A DNA stretch of 64,000 bases, from NCBI RefSeq assembly GCF_006345805.1, contig NC_043005.1, forward strand, positions 91,388,001 to 91,452,000, written 5' to 3'. Shown here in pieces: positions 25,755-36,599 of this stretch. Every line of letters starts with the position of its first letter. The first letter of the stretch is position 1. This DNA comes from Octopus sinensis. Lineage: Eukaryota. A program made the translations under genes and the position numbers. The notes beneath the pieces are model-generated. The model was not told the DNA's origin. It searched no databases and worked only from the letters and a program-made list of their open reading frames with translations.

Positions 25755-26122
25755 CTAGCACTATGACCCAGCGTTGCCATGTCATAGTGCTAGTACATGC
25801 ATATACAGCTGCGTGCGTGCGCACATACATGCGAGTACTGTCCAAATCTCTGACCAATCACATACAGCTAGCTGGCATTCAATTGGCATATCAAGTTTCG
25901 GGCATTTTGATTGGGTTTTGGATAGAAAATTCACAAAAAAGTCACTTCTATTGATTTTTTAATGGCTTTGCGGGGTGACTGAGGAAATGTAAAGATGTGC
26001 ACGACCACCCTTGGACGGTTTTGAATGACCATAGAAAGTGCGAGCCCTCTAACTGAAAAATTGTGGATTTGTATAAAGGATACACACACACACACACATT
26101 TTGCCGTTTATATATATAGAGA
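25755..26122 (-). mobile_element. Non-autonomous Helitron-like element
   Basis: Minus strand begins A|TCTCTATATATATAAA, carries (GT)n, and ends in a hairpin and CTAG|T (A-T target site). Confidence 0.68.
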
Positions 26123-27050
26123 TATGTTCTGGCAAATTCAAACATGAATATGCCAATTGCTGTTGTGTTTCATCGCTAGAGAACAATTCCTTGACAAAGA
26201 ATGTGTGTTCATAACACACTCAATTCATTAACACAAGGGACTCTAGGACAAAGTTGTCACAACACAGATTAAGGTGCCTGGAAAATGTCAGTGTGCGGAA
26301 TCTCCACAAGGATTTATGTTCTTGGTGAATGAAAGTTCAGGCTTTTGCAGTAAATTTGGAAGTGTCCCACACTATTATTTGGTTGCTAAAAATGAAAACA
26401 AAATTGATACTTCAAGAATTGGAGATCAGGAACCGTGACATCCTGTGATCAGTTCACTGTTGCAGTTAGAATTTATATGCAGTGACTCTTGTATTTTGAT
26501 AAGAACTTGATGCTGTGCAAGATCAGGGAAATTCTAAATGCTTATTAATATTCAAAACATGACAAAACTACCACTGCACTCAAAATAAATTCTGCTAACA
26601 GAATGATTTCTGCTGAAGGAATTAGCAAGTATTCATTTTTGTAGTCAATCAAAATACTTATCAGATATGCAAAATCAACAAATTGATGGATTATATTGAA
26701 ACTTTAGCATCTAATATGAACTTATAGGTTAATTTTCTTGCATGACCACATTCCAGTAATCTAATTCTTCTGGTATTCTTATTAAGAGAATTAAAGATCT
26801 GCATCTTTATAGTTTCCTTCATTCTCTGATTCTTTATTCAATGAAATATTCAAAAATCAAGAATTGATGAAAGTTTGGGCTTTTACAAACTGATAAATGC
26901 ATCAAAAAGTTCACCTTAAATGCATGAATTGTAAAATAACAGGCTTTTCTTTTATCGAAGCAAATAAAATGTATTTTGCTGATTGTTTTGTATATGGAAT
27001 TACATAATACATTGGTTCTTATATTATTAGTAATATTTTAGTTACTGTAT

Positions 27051-27275
27051 AAGGCAGCAAGCTGGCAGAATTGTTAGCTTGCTGGGCAAGAAGCTTAGCA
27101 ACATTTCGTTCCATTTTTACATTCTGAGTTCAAATTCAGCTGAGGTTGACTTTGACTTTTATCCTTTCAGGGTCAATAAAATTAAGTTTCAGTTGAGCAC
27201 TAGGATTGATTTAATCAACTTATACTCTCCCCCAAAATTGCTGGCCTTGTTGCCGAAATTTGAAATTAATATTTT
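27051..27275 (+). mobile_element. tRNA-derived SINE (alternative-tail subfamily)
   Basis: Same head and central motif; tail ccccaaaattgctggccttgttgccgaaatttgaa. Confidence 0.75.
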
Positions 27276-27662
27276 TGTTGTTGCATCTCATCACAAGAAC
27301 AAGTGTTTGATGGGACCTATTGCTTATCTTTTTACAACAGTATTAGTGAGCTTTTGTAACGTTTCATAAAAATTACTTGCCATTCCATCATTTATTGTGC
27401 CATGCTAGACTAATGGTTACTGATATATGGCAGCTTACTCAATAATAAAAAGCTGATTCTGTGGCTGTTAACCCAACATCTGAAAACAATTATTTGATCT
27501 ACCATATAGAGCACATCTGAATTTAGTAAAATCTCTCCTTTCAGGTGGGAGAAATTTCAAGTTGACCCCCCCCCTCCTCTCTCTCTCTCTCTCTAACACA
27601 TTCTTTGGTCTATCTGAAGTTTTTATCAGACAAATTACACTGCATTTTGGTATATTTTATGA

Positions 27663-27800
<138 letters not shown>

Positions 27801-28074
27801 TAAGTACTGCTAGGATCTATAATGTTCCAGCTTCCAGTTATCAACCAAGATATGTTGAACAACTCCAGCTTTCTGATATTTATTTTACAGCCGTTTCCAA
27901 GACTACATATTTAATCAATATATTTCAGCTTTCTTTATGTCACTCAGTGTTGCTGAATTACCAGTTTAGACATAGCAGCATTCCTTGCTAAACAATTCCA
28001 CATTTCAATTTAACCCCTGAATCAAAAACATTTGTTTGATGTACTTACCATTCTGACTAGTCACTGATTATCGA

Positions 28075-28375
28075 TCAAAAATCAATGGATATTGTAGTTG
28101 TGATACCAGTGCTGGTGGCACCTAAAAGAACCATCCGAACGTGGCCGTTGCCAGCACCGCCTCGCCTGGCACCCATGCCGGTGGCGCGCAAAAAGCACCC
28201 ACTACACTCACGGAGTGGTTGGCATTAAGAAGGGCATCCAGCTGTAGAAACACTGCCAGATCAGACTGGACCTGGTGCAGCCTCCTGGCTTCCCATACCC
28301 CGGTCGAACCGTCCAACCCATGCTAGCATGGAAAGTGGACGTTAAACGATGATGATGATGATAATAATGATGATC
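28075..28375 (+). mobile_element. RTE 3'UTR fragment (one hairpin unit)
   Basis: aatcaatgg...accatccgaacgtggccgttgccag...ccaacccatgctagcatggaaagtggacgttaaac(gat)n. Confidence 0.83.
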
Positions 28376-29204
28376 AGCATTGACAGAAACAGCCATGGCT
28401 AGTGATGAATTTGCTGGCTTCTTTCAGGAGGGTAATGGGATTTAAACAACCGGTTCCTAGAAATGATCCAGAAGGTTGATACATGCTTCTATAGGGATGG
28501 ATGTCAGGCTTTTATTTCTGTACCAATGCAAGAAGTCCACTGTCTTCAGTTGTCAAGCTGGTTTTAAGGGTCTTAATAAATTGGGCTTTTTCAATCTTAT
28601 GATCCAAATGATCAGAGTATCTTATCAAAACACATGCTTTGTTCAGCATTTCTTTTTTATGTAAAAAAAAAAAAAAGAGACCAAGTTCTTATTTGTGTAA
28701 ATGTTAAGGATTGAATTATATGGTACAGGTGATCCAGTATAAGTTTGTGCACCATATGCACACCTACAAATATACATTTTTTACATGACTTATCCCTTGT
28801 CCATTACAGCTATTACTAATCCTTGGTAAAATATGTATCAAAGGGCAATATTTTTGTTTCTTAGTGCATCACAAAGACTAAGTAGTTTGTGTCATAGAGC
28901 TTAGACAGTGTCGAAAGGGTTTTAAAAAGTTTAACACTTTACTACTAAATTTTTTTCAATTGGTAGAAAATAGATGACTATTGACCTCACCTTCTGGCAA
29001 GAAATTTTAATTATTTTTAATTTTTAGTAGTCTTAATTAATAAAAAAAAACCAGGATGGTTGAAGCAGAACCATATTTTGTTTAAAATTCCCTGTATCTT
29101 AAAGATGTGTGTTTGTGCTTACATCCCGGTCTCTGGATTTGTTTTAGTCCAATGTCATTAAATTTTCCATAGATTGTAATAATTGAATCTCTTTCTCATT
29201 GCAG

Positions 29205-29313
29205 TTTTGAGGAAATATATAAATTTCAAAAACAGATCTTAAGAGTAAAAGATCGAGATGAATTCCCCATGATTTTAGTTGCAAATAAGGCAGATTTAGA
29301 AGATAACCGATCG
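29205..29313 (+). CDS. RRAS2: R-Ras2-like exon 4 (G4 NKxD)
   Basis: ctttctcattgcag|TTTTGAGG...CGATCG|gtaagt; encodes [36 protein letters not shown]; 109 nt. Confidence 0.96.
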
Positions 29314-30324
29314 GTAAGTCTTAAAACCACTATTACTATTTTTATATTGATTCATTAGAAAACATGTAAATCAAAGGAATTAAGTGAAGTGCCCAAAAGT
29401 TTCTCTTTCATCAGTTGCTGCCTGAAATATTCTGCTCTAAACTTGATATCAGTGAAATGATTCATATTTATTTTAATACTCTAAAAAGATTCAGAGGTCA
29501 GTTTTATCATAGCAAGATTTTCTTTCTGATTCACCAATCACCAACATAGAATATCTTTACTAATGATCTTACATCTGTCCGGAAGTTTGCTCCCAACCAC
29601 ATGGTTTCAAGTTGAGTGTGGTACCTTTGGCAAATGTCTTCTACAATAGTCCTGGTCAACCAATGGCATGTGAGTGGATTTAGTTGACAGAAACTAAAAG
29701 AAACTCATTGTGTATTTATGTCTCTTCATCTTGACATTGTATGATATTGTAAACAAGTGTCACCATCATACAAGTCATATTGTTCATTTCCAATTTTCCA
29801 TGAAATTATGTCTGGCCACGGGGAAGTATTACCTTGCTTGGAAACATGTGAGGGTTAGCAACAGGAAGGGCATCCAGTTGTACAAAATCTGTTTCAGTGA
29901 ATTCCATCTGACCCATGCTAGCATGGAAAAGTGGACATTAAATTGATGTGGTGATTGTAATTCATTGTTGTTGTGGCTGCCCCAATAGAAGTTTAATATT
30001 TTAATATACATTGAAGTAGCATATGAGATTTGAAATTTCTAAGGAGGACTATGCTTCAGGCAAGTTTGGTAGAGCAATTAGCTTTCCATGCAAGGTAGGA
30101 TACTACATCAAGAATGCTACTCGGTAGGCACTATAGTCATTGGTTACAAGTTTTCAATGGACCAGTTACAGGTTTACTGCATTTCTGGTAGCAAAAGCGG
30201 CAGTGGAGTGTTTTTGCCTTGTTGCACTACGAATATCATGAAGGACTTTGCACCAAGAGCATCAGCTTTTGAAATCGCTTACCATTGCTTATATCTCTGC
30301 TGATGTACTTTGTTAAAGAATATG

Positions 30325-30362
<38 letters not shown>

Positions 30363-30959
30363 TATAGTGAAGACCGACCTGAAGTTTTAAGGAGGTTACA
30401 AAGGACCAAGTGGATTGTTGATGTGCTGTTCAGGAGGAGACTGTTTTGGCTCTCAGGGCATGACAAAATACATTGTGTACATATATGCACGTACAGTTAG
30501 TATGAATGTACATGTATAAACATATTTATGTGTGTGTAGGTGTATCTAAGTTTATCTGCATACTGTGAAGTCTACATCATTGACTTCTTTGATGGCCTCT
30601 CATTCCTTTAACACTCTACCATTTCTGCTTCCTATCATTTGCTCTAAGGTACATTCCCCCATATCCTACATCCCTTTATCACTCATTTGTCTATCACCCA
30701 TACCACTGTTACCTGTGTCTCTCTATCGCTTATGCCTCTTGCACAAATGCCCATTATTGCTCATCTCTCAAATCACTTCCCCTTCTTATCATTCTTGTTG
30801 TACCATACACTGCCAATGTCACTAAGATGGCAGTAGATCTCTTCTGTTCACTGTACAATTCCTTTAGTGCAGTAACTAAGTATACTACTGCATCTGTCAC
30901 CAACAAAATACTCGCTTGCTTTAATTTTTATTCCTTTTTCCTTCATCATTATCACCTTC

Positions 30960-31430
30960 ACCTTCATAAGATCTGGTCATCAAATCTAAGTAGAGATTTC
31001 AAACTTAAAATCTTCAAAGCCACAGTCGAACCAATTCTACTATATGGCTCAGAAACCTGGACATTATCAAAGAAGCTTGAGAGGTGGTTGGATGGAACTT
31101 ACACTCGCCTCCTTATGAGAGCTCAAAATATCTCGTGGAAGCATCATCCAACCAGAGTACAAATATATGAGAAATTACCACCTGTGTCATCTCTTGTGAA
31201 AGGTAGGAGAGTCCAGTTTGTTGTAGAGCTGAAAACGAGGTATTTTCTACTCTTCTTCTCTGGAAGCCATCTGCTCGCGATACCAGAGGGTGCACACTCC
31301 TACCCTGAGGTAATCTCTAGGGATACAGGCATCCAGCAACGGTACCTCCATAATGCTATGATGGACCATGAAGTCTGGTGTAACATAGTAAATTCCATTG
31401 TCTCAACCACGGTCGAACAATGAATGAAAT
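30960..31430 (+). mobile_element. 3' fragment of a second, unrelated RTE-like LINE family
   Basis: KIWSSNLSRDFKLKIFKATVEPILLYGSETWTLSKKLERWLDGTYTRLLMRAQNISWK (post-RT LYGxETW motif). Frameshift after RRVQF; stop followed by tgaatgaa. Confidence 0.78.
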
Positions 31431-31817
31431 CACCTTCTCATAGTATATGCTTAGGGGACCTCATCAGATATGCTTATACCCCATATAATTTGCCTACACA
31501 CACTCCTGGTTGTTTGGTATTGACAGCCTTCATTTATCTATCCCTTGTTATCCATCATGCTTTCAACCCTTATTCTCTCTAGTACTGGTGCCACAGTAAA
31601 ATGCACCCTATGCACTCTGTTAAGTGTAGAATCAAGGGATCTTTTCAGTCATGTCAAAGACTTGACAACCTCCAAACTGCACCTTGTACACCCTGTAAAG
31701 TGGTTGGTGTGATCAAACCATAGAAACCAAGGCATGAGTGAGATCTGGTCCTCGAACCCATCTAGGAGTGCGATAATGACCTGTCCAACCCATGCCAGCT
31801 TGGAAAGCAGGTATGAA

Positions 31818-34800
31818 ATCATCATCATCATCATCGTTTAACGTCCGCTTTCCATGCTAGCATGGGTTGGACGGTTCAACTGGGGTCTGGCAAGCCCGAA
31901 GGCTGCACCAGGCCAGTCAGATCTGGCAGTGTTTCTACAGCTGGATGCCCTTCCTAACGCCAACCACTCCGAGAGTGTAGTGGGTGATTTTATGTGCCAC
32001 CGACACAGGTGTCAGACGAGGCTGGCAGACGGCCACGCTCGGATGGTGTTTTTTATGTGCCACCGACACAGGTGCCAGACGAGGCTGGCTGACGGCCACG
32101 CTCGGATGGTGTTTTCTTATGTGTCACCGACACAGGTGCCAGACGGGGCTGGCGGACGGCCACGCTCGGATGGTGTTTGTTACGTGCCCTCAGCACGGAG
32201 GCCAGTCGTTGCGGTACTGGCTACGATCACGTTCGGATGGTTTTCTTATGTGCCACCGGCACTGGTACCACAAGGATACAAATTCCATTGATGTTCATCT
32301 ATTTTGATTTGGTTCGATTTGATTTGATTTGATTCGATTCGATTTTCACTTGCCTCAACAGGTCTTCACAAGTGTCACAAGAAGGAAGGTATGCACAGGT
32401 GGACTGACTACGTCCCAGGTAGGGGCCACGGATTATGGCTTCACTAGTCTTGCCGGGTCTTCTCACGCACAGCATACTTCCATAGGTCTCGGTCTCTAGT
32501 CATTTCCATGGTGAGACCTAACGTCCGAAGGTCGTGCTTCACCACTTCGTCCCAGGTTTTCCTGGGTCTACCTCTTCCACGGGTTCCCTCAACTGCTAGG
32601 GATTGGCACTTTCTCACACACCTATCTTCATCCATTCTCGCCACATGACCATACCAGCGCAATCGTCTCTCTTGCACACAACAACTGATGCTTCTTAGGT
32701 ACAACATTTCTCTCAAGGTACTAACGCTCTGTCGAGTAAGTACACTGACATTACACATCCATCGGAGCATACTGGCTTCGTTCCTCACAAGCTTACGCAT
32801 GTCCTCAGCAGTCACGGCCCATGTTTCACTGCTATGTAGCATAGCTGTTCGTACACATGCATCATACAGTCTGCCTTTTACTCTGAGCGAGAGGCCTTTA
32901 GTCACCAGCAGAGGTAAGAGCTCCCTAAACTTTGCCCAGGCTATTCTTATTCTAGCAGTTACACTTTCAGCGCACCCGCCCCCACTACTGACTTGGTCAC
33001 CTACATAGCGGAAGCTATCAACTACTTCTAGTTTTTCCCCCCGGAAAGTGACGGAAGTTGTTTTCTGCAGATTTTCGGAGGTCAATGCTCCAGAGCATCT
33101 GCCACATACAAAAACTATCTTCCCAGTTAGCCTACCTTTGACATTGCTGCACCTCTTATGTGTCCATAGCTTACACTGGGTACATCTTATAGAGTTTCTA
33201 CCTACACCTTTTCTACAGATCGAGCAGGGCCATCTTCCTGAGGATATTTGTGGATTTTCTAACTTTCTACTTATTAGTACTTTGGTTTTAGCTAGGTTGA
33301 CTCTAAGGCCCCTCGATTCTAAACCCTCCTTCCACACCTGGAACTTCTCCTCCAGTTCTGATAGTGACTCAGCGATTAGAGCGAGGTCGTCAGCATAGAG
33401 GAGCTCCCAGGGGCAACCTGTCTTGAATTCCTCCACAATTGCCTGGAGGACTATGATAAATAGGAGGGGGCTGAGTACTGAACCCTGGTGGACCCCAACC
33501 TCTACCTTGAATTCTTCTGTGTACATGCTGCCAACTCTAACCTTACTTACGGCATCTCTGTACATGGCTTGCACAGCCCTCACCAGCCATTCATCTATCC
33601 CTAGTTTCCTCATTGACCACCAGATGAGGGATCGGGGGACCCTATCAAAGGCTTTCTCCATGTCAACGAAAGCCAGGTACAGGGGCTTATCTTTGGCTAG
33701 GTATTTCTCCTGCAGCTGCCTTACCAGGAATATAGCATCAGTGGTGCTTTTCCCTGGGACAAACCCAAACTGCATCTCATCTAAACTAACTCTCTCTCTA
33801 ATTAGTTGGGCTATGACCCTCTCCGTAACCTTCATTACCTGATCCAACAGCTTGATACCTCTGTAATTATTTGTATCCAGGGCATCACCTTTACCTTTGT
33901 AGCAGTTGACTAGTATACTGCTACACCAGTCATTGGGTATGACTCCTTCGTGTATCACCTGGTTGACTATACGGGTGACTAGGTTATAGCCGACACTGCC
34001 AGATATTTTGAGCATCTCTGCAGTAATTCCTGATGGGCCTGGGGCTTTCCCTGTCTTCATGCTTCTAATTGCCTTAGCTACCACGGAACTATCAACTCGG
34101 ATAGCTGGTCCCTCTGTTGGGTCAACATTCGGCAGACTCTCTTTATCCCATTCATTTTCTTTATTCAGCAACCTTTCATAGTGGCATCTCCAAACCTCTC
34201 TCTTTGCATCCTCATTTAGTGCAAGTGAACCATCATCCATGCGAACACACTTCTCTCCTACCACATCACGATTCTCTCTCACACACTGTCTTGCAACACG
34301 AAATACCTCAAGTCTTTCATCCTCACAGCTCAGAACATTGGCAAATTTTTTCTTATCCGCTTCCCCTCTGGCTAAATAAACCTGTCTCCTAGCTTCCCTT
34401 TTGGCTGTCTGATACAATTCCCTGCTACCACCGTTCTTCCAGTCCTTCCAAGCCTGTCTCTTTTGTCTAATAGCCCTGTCAACCACAGTGTTCCACCACC
34501 ATGTTACTCTGGGTCGAGATGGTACTTTGCTCCATCCACAGATCTGGTCAGTGGCTGTCAGCAGATTGTCCCGTAGGAATCTCCAGTTGTCTTCCACATT
34601 AAGTGAAGCTATATCCCCTTCTATTTCGTCAGAGGCTTCGAGTAGTATGTCTCTAAATCTCTGTCCATTTGCAGGATCTTTAAGCTTCCAGACCCTTCTC
34701 CTCCAAGCTGGTCTTCTTCTGGGCAACCATTTAGCTCTGATCCTGAAGTCACTAACTACTAATCTATGTTGGGGAGTACATTCTTCGCCTGGGAAGGTTT

Positions 34801-35637
34801 TGGCATTTATAATCAGCCCTCTTTCCCTTTTTCTGGCAAGGATGTAGTCAATCTGGCTGGTGTGTCTGCCAGAACGGTAGGTGACTAGGTGAGAGGTGGG
34901 TTTCCTGAAGTGGGTATTGCAGACCATAAGGTCATTTGCATCGCAGAACTCCAGCAGCCTGGTTCCTTCCTCATTTCGAGAGCCAAAACCGTAGCCTCCA
35001 TGGACGCCATGGAAGCCCCCGACATGTCGTCCAACATGTCCATTGAAATCACCTGCCACGAAGAGAAGGTCACTGTCATTTGTCAATGAGGTAGTCCGCA
35101 ATAGGGTGTCATAGAATTGGTCTTTTTGTCCTTCCGGTAGCCCTGGTTGAGGGGCATATGCCGAGATGATGGTAGCTGTCCTATGGTGAAGAACTAATCT
35201 AATTTTAATTACTCTGTCACTTACTCTGACTACCTCGATTACCTTACCTACCCATTTCTCCGCAAGAAGTATACCCACGCCCCCGACTCCGTCAGTGTTC
35301 CCTGCCCAGAAAATCTTGTACCTGTGTTCCTTGCCTGTGAGGAGCCTAGCAGAACCTCCTCTCCACCTTACTTCCTGGATACAGCATACATCCACACGTC
35401 TCCGTTCAAGCAGCTCTACAATCTCTCCAGACCTACCTTTCAATGTGCCAACATTGAGCGTGCCAACTCTGAGGGTTTGGGAGGTGTGGGCATCAGAGAC
35501 CCTGGGACGAGGGACAGCCGTGTCATGTACCTGAAAAGAAAGCTTGCATTTGGCAGATTTCATATGGAAACTCTCGACTACAACCTGCATACTTTTCACA
35601 ATTTCACAAATTTCACAATTTTCACAAATGCCATCAG

Positions 35638-35640
<3 letters not shown>
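31818..35640 (-). mobile_element. Near-full-length RTE-clade LINE (young subfamily), antisense within intron 4 of the Ras gene
   Basis: Single APE-RT ORF, ~630-nt 3'UTR with hairpin repeats and a (GAT)n tail at 31818-31835. The 5' boundary is uncertain; the sequence runs into (TA)n at 35641. Confidence 0.93.
32444..35590 (-). CDS. LINE ORF: AP endonuclease + reverse transcriptase with an internal PHD-type zinc finger (1048 aa from the first plausible ATG)
   Basis: APE motifs GTLNV, IQE, SAYAP, GDFN, SQIDY. RT motifs NYRGIKLL, QFGF, FVDMEKAFDRV, GVHQGSVLSPLLF, YADD (33386-33397). RTE-type C-terminus RLRWYGHV...RGRPRKTW. No stops. The ORF-track start at 35683 (MMMMIYIY) is microsatellite-derived. 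Confidence 0.92.
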   Translation of the reverse strand: MQVVVESFHMKSAKCKLSFQVHDTAVPRPRVSDAHTSQTLRVGTLNVGTLKGRSGEIVELLERRRVDVCCIQEVRWRGGSARLLTGKEHRYKIFWAGNTDGVGGVGILLAEKWVGKVIEVVRVSDRVIKIRLVLHHRTATIISAYAPQPGLPEGQKDQFYDTLLRTTSLTNDSDLLFVAGDFNGHVGRHVGGFHGVHGGYGFGSRNEEGTRLLEFCDANDLMVCNTHFRKPTSHLVTYRSGRHTSQIDYILARKRERGLIINAKTFPGEECTPQHRLVVSDFRIRAKWLPRRRPAWRRRVWKLKDPANGQRFRDILLEASDEIEGDIASLNVEDNWRFLRDNLLTATDQICGWSKVPSRPRVTWWWNTVVDRAIRQKRQAWKDWKNGGSRELYQTAKREARRQVYLARGEADKKKFANVLSCEDERLEVFRVARQCVRENRDVVGEKCVRMDDGSLALNEDAKREVWRCHYERLLNKENEWDKESLPNVDPTEGPAIRVDSSVVAKAIRSMKTGKAPGPSGITAEMLKISGSVGYNLVTRIVNQVIHEGVIPNDWCSSILVNCYKGKGDALDTNNYRGIKLLDQVMKVTERVIAQLIRERVSLDEMQFGFVPGKSTTDAIFLVRQLQEKYLAKDKPLYLAFVDMEKAFDRVPRSLIWWSMRKLGIDEWLVRAVQAMYRDAVSKVRVGSMYTEEFKVEVGVHQGSVLSPLLFIIVLQAIVEEFKTGCPWELLYADDLALIAESLSELEEKFQVWKEGLESRGLRVNLAKTKVLISRKLENPQISSGRWPCSICRKGVGRNSIRCTQCKLWTHKRCSNVKGRLTGKIVFVCGRCSGALTSENLQKTTSVTFRGEKLEVVDSFRYVGDQVSSGGGCAESVTARIRIAWAKFRELLPLLVTKGLSLRVKGRLYDACVRTAMLHSSETWAVTAEDMRKLVRNEASMLRWMCNVSVLTRQSVSTLREMLYLRSISCCVQERRLRWYGHVARMDEDRCVRKCQSLAVEGTRGRGRPRKTWDEVVKHDLRTLGLTMEMTRDRDLWKYAVREKTRQD

Positions 35641-35670
<30 letters not shown>

Positions 35671-35673
<3 letters not shown>

Positions 35674-35842
35674 TCATCATCATTTAACATTCCCTTTTCT
35701 GTGCTGGCATGGGTTAGTTGGTTGGATGATTTGACAGGAACTGACAAGCCAGAGGGCTGTGTCTAATTTCAAGATCTGCTTTTATATGGTTTCTACAGTT
35801 GGATGTCCTTCTTAACACCAACCACTTTCCAGAGTGTACTGC
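35671..35842 (-). mobile_element. Old RTE-tail fragment next to the 5' side of the full-length LINE
   Basis: (CAT)n ttaacattcccttttctgtgctggcatgggtt...ggatgtccttcttaacaccaaccactttccagagtgta, a diverged match to the LINE 3' end. Confidence 0.7.
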
Positions 35843-36370
35843 ATGTTTTGTTTTTTTTTTATGGCACCAGCCCAAAGGTTGCCAAGTACTCACACAAGGC
35901 AAGATCCTTCAGCTAAGTGGGATATGATATTGAAGGATGTGAAAGTATGGTAGGAGGACAGGAACAGGTGTCTTGCTGAAGAGAAGATATGTGGCTTCCC
36001 AGCTAGAAAAAGAGAGAGAAATGATGAGGGCATATATATTAACCAATGGTGTACGTAACAGACAGATGTAAACACGTCTTTATGTATAATATATCTGCAG
36101 ACAGAGAAAGAGCTATCAGCTAGACTAGTTTCAATCCTGTGTTAGGATGTACTTCCATCATTGGGCTGTAACTAGTCCAACTAATTTCTGTTTTTCTACC
36201 CACAAAGATATTTTATGAAAAGATATGGTTTTCACATCTGTCTATTAGAGACAATGTTGCTAAATTCTATTGATATATTCTCTCATAATGAATAACAATG
36301 ACACAAAATACTCTTAACAAACCAGTAATATATTAATCAGACTATCCAAGTATGTGTTGTGTATGCAAAT

Positions 36371-36599
36371 CTTATTTCTTTACTACCCACAAGGGGCTAA
36401 ACACAGAGGAGACAAACAAGGACAGACAGACGGATTAAGTCGATTATATCGACCCCAGTGCATAACTGGTACTTAATTTATCGACCCCGAAAGGATGAAA
36501 GGCAAAGCCGGCCTCGGCACAATTTGAACTCAGAACGTAGCGGCAAACGAAATACGGCTATGCATTTCGCCTGGTGTACTAATGTTTCTGCCAGCTCAC
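36371..36599 (-). mobile_element. tRNA-derived SINE (same subfamily as 5714-5945)
   Basis: Reverse complement of the 5714 copy over ~230 bp. Confidence 0.85.

Noticed and set aside
31960-32300. CRISPR-like repeat-spacer reading of the 3'UTR array
   Set aside because: Eukaryotic LINE context, 'spacers' of 6-11 nt that are often identical, and no cas genes.
31854-32307. Recurrent ORFs [10 protein letters not shown].../MGWTVRPG.../CHRHRCQTR (also at 7944, 9630, 15015, 28122, 60607)
   Set aside because: They are antisense readings of the LINE 3'UTR repeats. They recur only because the DNA repeat recurs, and their frames are not conserved between copies.
32380-32443. HDV-like ribozyme in the structured segment just after the LINE stop codon
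   Set aside because: The ggccat/gtggcc stem encloses only 5 nt, with no room for P2/P3/L3 of the double pseudoknot.
35591-35683. N-terminal MMMMIYIYIY...CENCEICE extension of the 1079-aa ORF (possible Cys motif)
   Set aside because: It comes from the (GAT)n tail of a neighbouring old element, (TA)n and TTGTGAAA repeats.
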